From Phycisphaeraceae bacterium (GTDB taxonomy: Bacteria > Planctomycetota > Phycisphaerae > Phycisphaerales > Phycisphaeraceae): 48,307 bases of DNA. Positions 26,178-34,197 of this stretch are shown piece by piece. The notes beneath the pieces were generated by a model. It worked only from the letters and a program-made list of their open reading frames with translations. It did not search any database and was not told the origin of the DNA. Both the position numbers and the translations under genes were made by a program. The stretch lies in the NCBI GenBank assembly GCA_029260675.1, contig JAJDCV010000282.1, forward strand, positions 1 through 48,307, given 5' to 3'. The first letter of the stretch is position 1; each line of letters begins with the position of its first letter.

Positions 26178-27137
26178 TTACGCCTGTGTGTGCATAGGGT
26201 CCAGGAAACTGTGTTTGTAATACACCAGCAGCCCCGCAAAACTCAGCAGCAGGCACACCGCCAGCACCCCCATCACCGTCTGCTGCCGGCGCACTTCCCG
26301 CTGGCGCTTGATCAGCTCGTGGGTCTCGGTCGTGTGATCGGTGACTTCCTGGATTTCCGCTGCGAAGTTATCGATCTCGCGCATGTTGAAGCTGTGGAAG
26401 ATCTGCCGGAGCTTGGAGTGGACCTCACCGACGTGGTGATGGAGTTTTTCCAACTCGAGGTTGCGGTACCCCCAGGACTCCAGTTCGTTGTAGAGCTGAC
26501 CCGACTCGCTGATACGCTGCTCGGTCTCGGTCAACGTCTGCTTGATCTGCTTAACCACCGCCATGGTGGAGGCTTCGTGACAGGGGCTGCAACGCCCCGC
26601 CTCGGCCCGGCCTGCGGTATCGATGATCTGGGGCGTCGCGTCGGTGATCTTGTGTGAGCCCTGGCCGTGGCAGTACAGGCAGGTCGGGTCGCCGAAGTCA
26701 CCGTGCGGGCTGCCCAGGTGTTTTTCCTTGATCTGGTCGTGGCACTTGCCGCAGAAGTAGGAGACGCTTCGGCCGGTGGTGTTGCTGACGATGCCGTCCT
26801 GTGAACGCCGCATCGTCAGGAACTCGGGGTTGCGTCGCTGGTGTGCGGCACGCTTCAGGGCGTCGGTGGATTCGAACTGATCCGGGCGGACCGCCGGGTT
26901 GCCCCCGTGACAGCCATCGCACCCGACGTTGGCCTCGTAATGGACGCTGTGCTTCCACTGCAGCTCGACGATCTCGCTGGATCGGCCGGGCAGATCCCGA
27001 TGGCACTGCACGCAGGCGTTGTCGGCATAGCGGTCGGTCGGGGCCGAAGGCTCCGCCGCCGGGGGGGTGGTTTTGTCCGCGGGGCTGGCGAGGGTTAACG
27101 CCGCCACCAGGCAAGCCGACAGGATGGAGCCGGTCAT
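26178..27137 (-). CDS. pentahaem c-type cytochrome with C-terminal TM anchor (probable c-subunit of the Rieske/cyt b complex)
   Basis: Five CXXCH motifs (CVQCH, CDGCH, CGKCH, CLYCH, CSPCH), then a coiled-coil-like segment and a C-terminal TM helix VMGVLAVCLLLSFAGLLVYY. The ATG overlaps the subunit IV stop (ATGA). Confidence 0.8.
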   Translation of the reverse strand: MTGSILSACLVAALTLASPADKTTPPAAEPSAPTDRYADNACVQCHRDLPGRSSEIVELQWKHSVHYEANVGCDGCHGGNPAVRPDQFESTDALKRAAHQRRNPEFLTMRRSQDGIVSNTTGRSVSYFCGKCHDQIKEKHLGSPHGDFGDPTCLYCHGQGSHKITDATPQIIDTAGRAEAGRCSPCHEASTMAVVKQIKQTLTETEQRISESGQLYNELESWGYRNLELEKLHHHVGEVHSKLRQIFHSFNMREIDNFAAEIQEVTDHTTETHELIKRQREVRRQQTVMGVLAVCLLLSFAGLLVYYKHSFLDPMHTQA

Positions 27138-27808
27138 AGCTGTGACTCCTTATTATCCTGCGTATCGGGCGAATCTGGGGATAAATCCGGGGGCGGGGGC
27201 GGCGAGTCAAGGATCCGGCGTATGGCCTTGCGCTCGTGGGCGATCATGATGTAGAAGATGACCACCGTCACCGCCGTCATCACGAACAGGAACGGCTGTT
27301 CCAGGAAGTACTCACTGGGCGAAGCGAGTTGCTCGTGCCCGTCCACCATGTGCTCCGGCCAGCCGCCCCAGATCGTCAGGCCCATCAGCACGAAGATAGA
27401 GGCCGTCACCACCAGCCGATACCCCCAGCCCGGCCGACGGTGCGCGCCGCGGCGGTACCAGAACGGCAGCAACAACACCGCCAGCAACACCGGGCCCTGG
27501 CTTAACACGCCCAGGGTCTTACCGCTGATCCCAAACAGCTCCGTGGGCATCAGACGCAGGTGCTGGTAGACCGCCAGGAAATACCACTCGGGTTTGATCC
27601 CCATCGGTGTGGCGCCCTGCGGGTTGGCCGGCTCCTCGACGTGCATCACGCCCTTGAGCCCCGCCATCTCCAGCAGCACCGGCAGTGTCGCCAGCAGCAT
27701 GATCACCGCCAGCGTACACAGCACCACCACGATCATCTTGATGTTCTCGTTGGGCCAGAACGGCTCGAGCTGGTCCGGTCGGTATTGCTTTTTGTAATCA
27801 ACAGCCAT
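27134..27808 (-). CDS. cytochrome b C-terminal half (b6f subunit IV-like)
   Basis: 224 aa membrane protein with the PEWYFL motif (GIKPEWYFLAVYQ). Confidence 0.8.
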   Translation of the reverse strand: MAVDYKKQYRPDQLEPFWPNENIKMIVVVLCTLAVIMLLATLPVLLEMAGLKGVMHVEEPANPQGATPMGIKPEWYFLAVYQHLRLMPTELFGISGKTLGVLSQGPVLLAVLLLPFWYRRGAHRRPGWGYRLVVTASIFVLMGLTIWGGWPEHMVDGHEQLASPSEYFLEQPFLFVMTAVTVVIFYIMIAHERKAIRRILDSPPPPPDLSPDSPDTQDNKESQL

Positions 27809-27834
27809 CGGTCACTCCTGGACTCGTGAGCCTC

Positions 27835-28494
27835 TTACAACGGTCTGGATATCCCGGTTCGGCGGATCATAGCGAAGTGCATAGCCATGAACGCGCTGAT
27901 TGTCGCGGGGATGATCCAGATATGCAGCGCAAAGAAGAATCCCAGCGTCTCGCCGCTGATCGCCTCGCCACGCCTGACCCAGCGGACGATGTCCTCCCCG
28001 ATCACCGGGATCGCGCTGGGGATCTCCGTCCCGACCTTGGCGCCCCAGTAGCTCAGCTGCGTCCAGGGCAGCAGGTACCCGGTGAACGCCAGGATCAGTG
28101 TCAGCATCAGCAGCACCACCCCGCTGACCCAGTGCAGTTCGCGCGGCGAGCGGTAGACCTTGTAGTACGCGATCCGGGCCATGTGCATCAGGACCATCAC
28201 GATCATCAGGTTCGCGCTGACGGTGTGGATCCGCTGCACCAGCCAGCCCATCGAGACGTTGGACTTGATGAAGGTCACGCTGTCCCAGGCGTTGGCCGGG
28301 TCGGGCTTGTAGTACATCAGCAGCAACACGCCGGTGAAGACCTGAACGAGAAAAATCAACAGGGACAGCCCCCCGAAGCACGCCGCCCAACCCAGGGTCT
28401 TGGGGACGCGCTTCTTTGTAACGTTCTTCTCGATCAACGGCGTGAGGTTGTACCGCCGATCGAACCACCCGAAGATTGTTTTGACGATTCGCAT
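27835..28494 (-). CDS. cytochrome b N-terminal half (cytochrome b6-like)
   Basis: Four-helix cytochrome b core (FGGLSLLIFLVQVFTGVLLLMYY, RIHTVSANLMIVMVLMHM, HIWIIPATISAFMAMHF). ATG at 28494 preceded by AAGGAA. A GTG lies one codon upstream at 28497. Confidence 0.85.
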   Translation of the reverse strand: MRIVKTIFGWFDRRYNLTPLIEKNVTKKRVPKTLGWAACFGGLSLLIFLVQVFTGVLLLMYYKPDPANAWDSVTFIKSNVSMGWLVQRIHTVSANLMIVMVLMHMARIAYYKVYRSPRELHWVSGVVLLMLTLILAFTGYLLPWTQLSYWGAKVGTEIPSAIPVIGEDIVRWVRRGEAISGETLGFFFALHIWIIPATISAFMAMHFAMIRRTGISRPL

Positions 28495-28503
28495 CACGGT
28501 TCC

Positions 28504-28947
28504 TTACACAGAGATAATGATCTTGCCGTCTTTGACCTCGAAGGGGATGGGCTTGAGCGGCTCGTTCACGGGCCCGCTGACCACGCCCCCGTCCGAGCCG
28601 AACACCGCGCCATGACAGGGGCAGTGGAACTGGGCATCGCTGCTGACCCAGTTCACGGCACAACCCAGGTGCGGGCAAGAAGCGCTAAAAACGTGGGGCC
28701 CATCCGCGGTCGCCAGGATGATGACCTGCAGGCCGCGGTAAGCCTCGTACCTCGCCTGACCCTGCACGAGCTGATCCAGCGGGATCTCCAGCGGCTTGCC
28801 TTCACCGATGCGCGAGGGTTGGCTGGTCACGAACGATGCCACCGGATACGCGACCATCGCCGCGGACGCAGCGGTCATCGCACCGATGCACGCCCGGCAG
28901 AACGTCCGTCGGCCGTTGTGTTGTTCACATGTCTTGTCACAGCTCAT
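28504..28947 (-). CDS. Rieske [2Fe-2S] protein with twin-arginine signal
   Basis: CPHLGC...CPCHG Rieske boxes and an N-terminal NGRRTFCRA Tat-like motif. The ATG overlaps the upstream stop (ATGA). Confidence 0.85.
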   Translation of the reverse strand: MSCDKTCEQHNGRRTFCRACIGAMTAASAAMVAYPVASFVTSQPSRIGEGKPLEIPLDQLVQGQARYEAYRGLQVIILATADGPHVFSASCPHLGCAVNWVSSDAQFHCPCHGAVFGSDGGVVSGPVNEPLKPIPFEVKDGKIIISV

Positions 28948-30008
28948 GGTGTCGGCTCCAACTCGTAGTAGTCCAAAAGGAGTTCGGCGGCCCGCTTGAA
29001 GCTGGCGGCGGCCGCCTCGCTGTCCCCGGCCTGTTCCTGGATCAGGCCCAGCAGGTAATGCGCCCGCGGTTCGGAGGGGTTCTCCGTGAGCACCTTCCGC
29101 GTCAGCTTCTCCGCCTCAGGCAGTTCGTCACCGCCGCGGCGGGTCATCACAAACGCCAAGCCCAGCGCCGCGTCTGACGCCTTGGGATCCTGTTCCAAGG
29201 CCCGGTTGAAATGCTGCTCGGCCTCGGAGAGCCTGCCTCGCCGCAGCTTGAGTGTTCCCATCCCCACCCACGCGGCCGTCTGCTTCGGATCCAATTCAAG
29301 CGACTCGGCGTACTTCTGCTCCGCTAACGCCACCAACCCCCGGGCGGAGAGCTGGCCGGCCAGCATCGTCAGCCGGCGGGCCCGGGCCTGGTCTTCGGTC
29401 AACCCGGAATCGGCCTGCGGGTGACGCCTAGCCTCGAACTGCTCGGCCGACAGCTTCCCCGCCGCCATCAGCAGCGCGTCAGCCATTCGGTCCGAAAAAT
29501 CATTTGTCAGCGCGGCGACGGCGTGAACGATTCGACCCTCGGCATCAATCACCGCCACGCTCGGCAGCACCGCCACACGGTAGGCATCAAACGCATCTCG
29601 TTTGGCGTCGTGCAGGACGGCGATCGGGGACACGTCGGCCCCCCCGCCTTCCGTCCCCTCGGCTTGCTCTAAACGGGTGACAATCAACATCGCATCGATC
29701 GGCTCACCGCGGAACCGTTCATCGGCCAGAACCTCTTTCAACTGGGCGCAGGCACGCAAGGTTCCGCTGTGGTACAGCTCCCCGAATACCAGAACCACCA
29801 TCCGGCCGCGCAGCGAATCGGTGCTGATGACTTCCCCCGCCTCTTCTGTGAACTGGATTTTCGGGGCATCGTCGCCCTGCCGCAGGTGGGTCACCGCCAA
29901 AGCGGGATCGACCCAGGCCGTTAAAGCCAGCAGGGCCAGCCCGACAACGGCCCAGGCAGGGACCAAGCCGGCTCGGATATCAGGCGCATAGCGCTTGGCA
30001 AAGATCAC
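28944..30008 (-). CDS. membrane-anchored CXXC-less redoxin (TlpA-like fold) fused to TPR repeats (paralogue of 18067..19134)
   Basis: The GTG start overlaps the upstream cytochrome stop (GTGA). No in-frame ATG lies before the TM segment. The redoxin-like MVVLVFGELYHSGTLRAC lacks the CXXC. TPR-like repeats are present (AEQKYAESLELDPKQTAAWVGMGTLKLRRGRLSEAEQHFNRALEQDPK...). Confidence 0.7.
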   Translation of the reverse strand: MIFAKRYAPDIRAGLVPAWAVVGLALLALTAWVDPALAVTHLRQGDDAPKIQFTEEAGEVISTDSLRGRMVVLVFGELYHSGTLRACAQLKEVLADERFRGEPIDAMLIVTRLEQAEGTEGGGADVSPIAVLHDAKRDAFDAYRVAVLPSVAVIDAEGRIVHAVAALTNDFSDRMADALLMAAGKLSAEQFEARRHPQADSGLTEDQARARRLTMLAGQLSARGLVALAEQKYAESLELDPKQTAAWVGMGTLKLRRGRLSEAEQHFNRALEQDPKASDAALGLAFVMTRRGGDELPEAEKLTRKVLTENPSEPRAHYLLGLIQEQAGDSEAAAASFKRAAELLLDYYELEPTP

Positions 30009-31447
30009 TGCGAACCTCCTGTGTTGTAAGCCGTCTCGCCCGCCGGCTTATCAGTCGCACCGCCGGCTTGTACCGCCTCGCGGGTGTAGGACCGGGTGTC
30101 GTGGCAGCCCGGCGAGCAGCTCCCGCCGGTCGGCGTCGTCTGGAACTTGATCTCGAGCAGCCAATCGCTGTCGCCGAACGGGACCGAATCGCGGATGTGG
30201 AACGGGTTGCGGGATGCGTGGACCTCGTGGCAGGCCCGGCAGGTCCGACCCTTCTTCTGATTGACGTGGACCCAGTGCAGGTTCAGCTCGCCTTCTCGGA
30301 ACCGCGTGAGCCCCTTGCCGTGACGGTCCTCAACCAGATCGGGCTGGTGGCAGGTGAAGCATAACCCGTAACGCTCAATGGTAAACGGGGCATAAAACTG
30401 GGGGGGGTAATCCTTGACAAGCATGTTGGCCCGGTCGCCTGTGTGAGGCTGGTGGCAGACGGTGCAGCTATCCTCTCGGATCGGGCCGTGGTGATCCGGG
30501 TTGTCCGCGAGCAGTTCCGCCATGTCGGTCAGCGTCCGGCCATCTTCTGTCTGGATCGGTTTGTCGTGACAGCTCAGGCACATCTGGGTCTGATCCGCCC
30601 GTTGCAGCTTGGGTAGCGGCGAGTTGTGCGGCGCGTGGCAGCCCAGGCACCCGCCGGATTCGGTCATGGCCCCGTGGACCACCGGGGCGCCCGCCAGCTG
30701 CTCCTGTATCTGTGTATGACAGCTGAAGCACAGGCCCGGGGCCTCCTGATTCAGTTGGTACTGGAAGTCGGAGGCATGGGCGTCGTGGCAGTCGGTGCAG
30801 CCGTCCTTGACCGGCGCATGGGTGTGCCGCTGCTGTCCAGGATCACCCTTGAGGTCCTGGCCGTGGCAGGTCAGACACAGGGCCTGCGGTTTATCGACCA
30901 GCAGGCTGGGCTCCCACGAGGAATGCGGCTCGTGGCAGAGGATGCAGGCCCCGGACGCAACAGGGCCGTGCTTGAACTTCTTCTGGGAAAAACCGTCTTG
31001 TTTGTGGCAACTCACACACAGACCACGCGTCGGGTCGTCGACCAGCATCATCTGGTAGTCCGACCCGTGCGGGTCGTGGCACTGGGTGCATCGGCCCTGT
31101 TCAACCGGGGCATGGATCACGTCACGATGCTCCAGCGTGTGGCAGGTCTGACACAATTGATCGCCTGGCAAAGTGAGCTTGAACGTGTGCTGGGATTCCG
31201 AGAGGTATTCGTGACAGGCCTCGCACTTACCCTGAGCGACCGGGCCGTGCGTGACCTTGGATGTGCCGACCCCCGCGTGGCAGTTGACGCTCTGACAGGT
31301 ATCGGTCTTGGTGGTGGGTCTGGGCTCCGGGGTCTCGCCCCGAAGCTGACCGAACCCGCCGGCAACCAGAACGATCCACAAGCAAGCCACGCCGCAGCGA
31401 CGCATGGTAGCGCGCCGTCGTATCGAGTCGATCAGTTTATCCGCCAT
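30005..31447 (-). CDS. 15-haem-motif c-type cytochrome (paralogue 3)
   Basis: 13 CXXCH motifs plus an N-terminal CQSVNCH (CX4CH) and a C-terminal GGSCSPGCH (CX3CH). The C-terminal roughly 110 aa are collinear with the two other paralogues. Confidence 0.85.
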   Translation of the reverse strand: MADKLIDSIRRRATMRRCGVACLWIVLVAGGFGQLRGETPEPRPTTKTDTCQSVNCHAGVGTSKVTHGPVAQGKCEACHEYLSESQHTFKLTLPGDQLCQTCHTLEHRDVIHAPVEQGRCTQCHDPHGSDYQMMLVDDPTRGLCVSCHKQDGFSQKKFKHGPVASGACILCHEPHSSWEPSLLVDKPQALCLTCHGQDLKGDPGQQRHTHAPVKDGCTDCHDAHASDFQYQLNQEAPGLCFSCHTQIQEQLAGAPVVHGAMTESGGCLGCHAPHNSPLPKLQRADQTQMCLSCHDKPIQTEDGRTLTDMAELLADNPDHHGPIREDSCTVCHQPHTGDRANMLVKDYPPQFYAPFTIERYGLCFTCHQPDLVEDRHGKGLTRFREGELNLHWVHVNQKKGRTCRACHEVHASRNPFHIRDSVPFGDSDWLLEIKFQTTPTGGSCSPGCHDTRSYTREAVQAGGATDKPAGETAYNTGGSQ

Positions 31448-31597
31448 ATGGGTCCGCCTCTGGATCAGGTGAGCGTCGGATAACTACATGGACTGGGTTC
31501 CGGCCTCATTCAAAACATCAAAGGTAGGCGCCAGCTATGACATGAGACTCGCCGCGCCTACCCTTACCACACCGGGCGAACCCGCCGAACAGGTCAT

Positions 31598-31613
31598 CGC
31601 ACATCGTGTGCCA
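31598..31613 (-). promoter_or_regulatory. sigma-54 type -24/-12 promoter
   Basis: Minus strand reads TGGCACACGATGTGCG with correct GG-N10-GC spacing. It lies about 150 nt upstream of the ATG at 31447. Confidence 0.5.
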
Positions 31614-31664
31614 GAGATAAATCGTTGACTGAAACCGTGTACAGGGCTCAGATTAGCGGGGGGA

Positions 31665-31680
31665 TTCCTAATCTTGGGAA
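31665..31680. promoter_or_regulatory. degenerate palindrome TTCCTA-ATCT-TGGGAA
   Basis: It has the same half-site spacing as 26075..26090 and a similar distance to the adjacent sigma-54 promoter (centre about 85 nt upstream of the predicted start). Confidence 0.25.
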
Positions 31681-31720
31681 CTTCCTGGGAGGAGTTTGTC
31701 TTGTGATTAGGACAAACCCG

Positions 31721-31745
31721 GCGGGGCAGGAAGGACCTGTCCCGC
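31721..31745 (-). terminator. stem-loop downstream of the histidine kinase gene (possible intrinsic terminator)
   Basis: 10-bp stem (gcggggcagg / cctgtccccgc side, one G-U pair) with a 5-nt loop, about 45 nt after the stop at 31790. On the minus strand it is followed by CGGGUUUGUCC and a second 7-bp hairpin (31694..31717). Confidence 0.4.
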
Positions 31746-31789
31746 TCGGCTGTGGATGAAACAAAGGGCTTCCCCCGGGGCGCTGGGTG

Positions 31790-33124
31790 TCAATCTCGTC
31801 TGATATCCGGCTTCATCACCAACCCTTGCCTGATAGGCAGGCGGATCGTCGCGGTGACGCCTTGGCCGGGTCGGTTGGTGAATTCAATGTGTCCGCCCTG
31901 ATTACGGATGAGGTTGTAGCTGATCGCCAGGCCCAGCCCGGTCCCCTTGCCCACGGGCTTGGTGGTGAAGAAAGGTTCGAAGACCCGGGCCAGGTGCTTG
32001 GGGTCGATCCCCGGGCCGTTGTCACTGATCCAGACCCTGCACGCCTGCCCGTCGTAGGCCGTGCCGATGGTCAGCCTTGGGGCGGTCACATCGTCCAGCG
32101 CATCGAGCGCGTTGAACAGCAGGTTGGTCAGCACCTGCTGCAGCGCGTGGGACTGGACCTCGATGCCCGGATCGTCGTCGGCGAATTGCTTCTGGATCGT
32201 GACGGCGCGCTGGCGGTGGTCGAAGCGGACCATCTGAAGCGCCGACTCCACCACGCTGTTGATCGGGACGTGCTCCCACTGGTAGTCCGTCGGGTGGGCA
32301 AAATCGGTGAGTTGCTGGACGATCTGCTTGATCCGCTGGACCTGCTGCCGCAGGGCGTCGATGTTCTCGGGCTTGATGTGGCGCTCGTTGCGTTGCATCA
32401 GTTGCAGCACGCCGTCCATGCTGGCAAGCGGGTTGGAGACCTCGTGCGCGACGCCGGCCGCCATCTGCCCCAGCCCGACCATCTTCTCCTGCTGGATCAT
32501 CGCCTGCTGTTGCCGGCGCAGGGTCTTGACCAGGATGCGGTTTCGGCGGTTTTGTGCGATCAGCCTGCCGCGGTGCCGGCGTAGCGTTGAGGTGATGTGG
32601 TTGCTCAGGTAAACGGTCACGGTCAAGGTGACGATCCAGCCGATCAGGACCAGGCGGTGCTCCAGCGTCAGTGGCCAGCTGCCGGTCAACTCCAGGCTTA
32701 ACGCCAGCAGCAGCACCGCCGCCGCCATGCCGCCGTAGGCCTGCCTCGGGGCCAGCAACATGCTGGTGAAGACCATATGGAAGACGAAGAAACCCAGCAG
32801 CGGGCTATGCGCGCCGCCGGTCCAGGCACAAAGCAACGCGAGGCACGCCAGATCGGGCAGGATGTGCAGCCACACAAACATACCGCCGGGTTCGGGGTGT
32901 GAACGCAAGGAGTGACTGACACTCAGCCAAAGCACGTTGTTGTAGGCGAGGATCGCCAAGCCCACCCACGTGATCGAGTAGGCCTTGTCGTGCCACTGCA
33001 ACCAGACGGCGTCCAGCAGCGACCCCAGGACTACCGCCGCGCCGGCGACCCAGCGCAGACCAACCAGCCACCTGAGCTGGTTGGTCATGAGCCTGCTGGG
33101 CTGTATCGGTTTCGCTTCCGCCAT
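31790..33124 (-). CDS. sensor histidine kinase with a six-TM N-terminal domain
   Basis: H box [13 protein letters not shown] box [17 protein letters not shown]1 [10 protein letters not shown]2 [13 protein letters not shown]. The N-terminal roughly 190 aa are hydrophobic helices with no large periplasmic loop. Confidence 0.85.
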   Translation of the reverse strand: MAEAKPIQPSRLMTNQLRWLVGLRWVAGAAVVLGSLLDAVWLQWHDKAYSITWVGLAILAYNNVLWLSVSHSLRSHPEPGGMFVWLHILPDLACLALLCAWTGGAHSPLLGFFVFHMVFTSMLLAPRQAYGGMAAAVLLLALSLELTGSWPLTLEHRLVLIGWIVTLTVTVYLSNHITSTLRRHRGRLIAQNRRNRILVKTLRRQQQAMIQQEKMVGLGQMAAGVAHEVSNPLASMDGVLQLMQRNERHIKPENIDALRQQVQRIKQIVQQLTDFAHPTDYQWEHVPINSVVESALQMVRFDHRQRAVTIQKQFADDDPGIEVQSHALQQVLTNLLFNALDALDDVTAPRLTIGTAYDGQACRVWISDNGPGIDPKHLARVFEPFFTTKPVGKGTGLGLAISYNLIRNQGGHIEFTNRPGQGVTATIRLPIRQGLVMKPDIRRD

Positions 33125-33144
33125 ATGCTTTACCTGCCCGGGGT

Positions 33145-34197
33145 TTAAGACCCCGCAGCGGCGGCCGGTCCGTCCTCCCGGATCGACTCCCGCAGGTCCA
33201 GCATCTTAACCCCGTCCGTGTAATCAGTCAGCACGACACGCCGGAGTTGCTTCAGCGAGCGGATGACCTGGGCCATCCGCTGAAGGTTGTCGTGGATCTG
33301 CCCCAGGTTCTTCTCCAGAGCCACATCCGATCCAGACCGCCGGCGGAGCAGTGTCAGTTGCAGCTCGATCGTGGCGATCGCGTTGTTCAGTTCGTGGTTA
33401 AGGGTCAGCGCCATCTGCTGGAGCGCCTGGACCCTGCGGAGCTCGTTTTCCTGGAGCTTCTCGGCGAGGTTGTTATACGCACGGGCCAGCTCATCAAATT
33501 CGTCTTGCTGGCCGACCGTGACCCGGTGCGCGAAGTTTTCCTGGGCGAGTTCCCGGCTGGCGTGGACCAGCCGGGCGACCGGTCGCAGGACCATGCCCGC
33601 GGCCCGCAACATCAGCAGGATCGAGCCATTGATCACGAGCAGGAAACCGATCGCGATGGACACGACCAGCCAGCGGAACCGCCCGGTCAGTTTCGATTGC
33701 TCGGCCTGGGCATGCCCCTGGACGTGCCGGGCGATGCGTAGCAGGCTCTTTCGCATCTGGGACGCGGCGTCCAGCGCCGCGAGGTTGTGGTGCCGGGCCA
33801 GCTCTCGGTCCTGTGAAGTCGCCAGGATGCCTACCCGGGACTCGAAGCCATCGATCCGGCTGACCAGGTCTTCGTAGTCTCGACGGATCTCCATCTCGTC
33901 GAGTACGTAGTGCGAGCCGATCAAATCGGAGAGCCGACGCATCGACTCCACCGCGTCGATCAGCCCGTCGAGGTGGTGCTGCCGGCCCGTCTGCAAGGCG
34001 TAAAGCTCGACCTCTATCCCCGAGAGCGTGGTGCTTAATTCGTTGACCTGGTTGACCGCGACCGAGGCCCGGTTGTGCAGGTGGTCCAGGTCCACGAAGA
34101 CGCGCTGAAGTGACCACAACGCCGCGACAGCCAACACCATCAGCAGCGCGGTCAGCGAAAAGAGGATGAGTAGAAGTTTGTGGCGAAGCATGGTCAC
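33145..34197 (-). CDS. two-TM sensor-like protein with HAMP and DHp (HisKA-like) domains but no ATPase domain
   Basis: TM1, a roughly 140-aa periplasmic segment and TM2 (WLVVSIAIGFLLVINGSILLML), then a HAMP-like linker and LNHELNNAIATIE (H-box-like). The protein ends about 70 aa later with no N/G1/G2 boxes. The GTG at 34197 overlaps the upstream stop. An ATG lies at 34191. Confidence 0.7.
   Translation of the reverse strand: MTMLRHKLLLILFSLTALLMVLAVAALWSLQRVFVDLDHLHNRASVAVNQVNELSTTLSGIEVELYALQTGRQHHLDGLIDAVESMRRLSDLIGSHYVLDEMEIRRDYEDLVSRIDGFESRVGILATSQDRELARHHNLAALDAASQMRKSLLRIARHVQGHAQAEQSKLTGRFRWLVVSIAIGFLLVINGSILLMLRAAGMVLRPVARLVHASRELAQENFAHRVTVGQQDEFDELARAYNNLAEKLQENELRRVQALQQMALTLNHELNNAIATIELQLTLLRRRSGSDVALEKNLGQIHDNLQRMAQVIRSLKQLRRVVLTDYTDGVKMLDLRESIREDGPAAAAGS

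Noticed and set aside
9207-31447. The possibility that the cytochromes are catalytic enzymes (NrfA-type nitrite reductase, HAO/HZO-type octahaem enzymes, MccA, OTR).
   Set aside because: I found no CXXCK motif and no gene for a partner reductase subunit. The haem counts (4, 5, 6, 11, 12, 15) do not fit those enzymes. This rests on motif inspection only, so homology searches should still be run.
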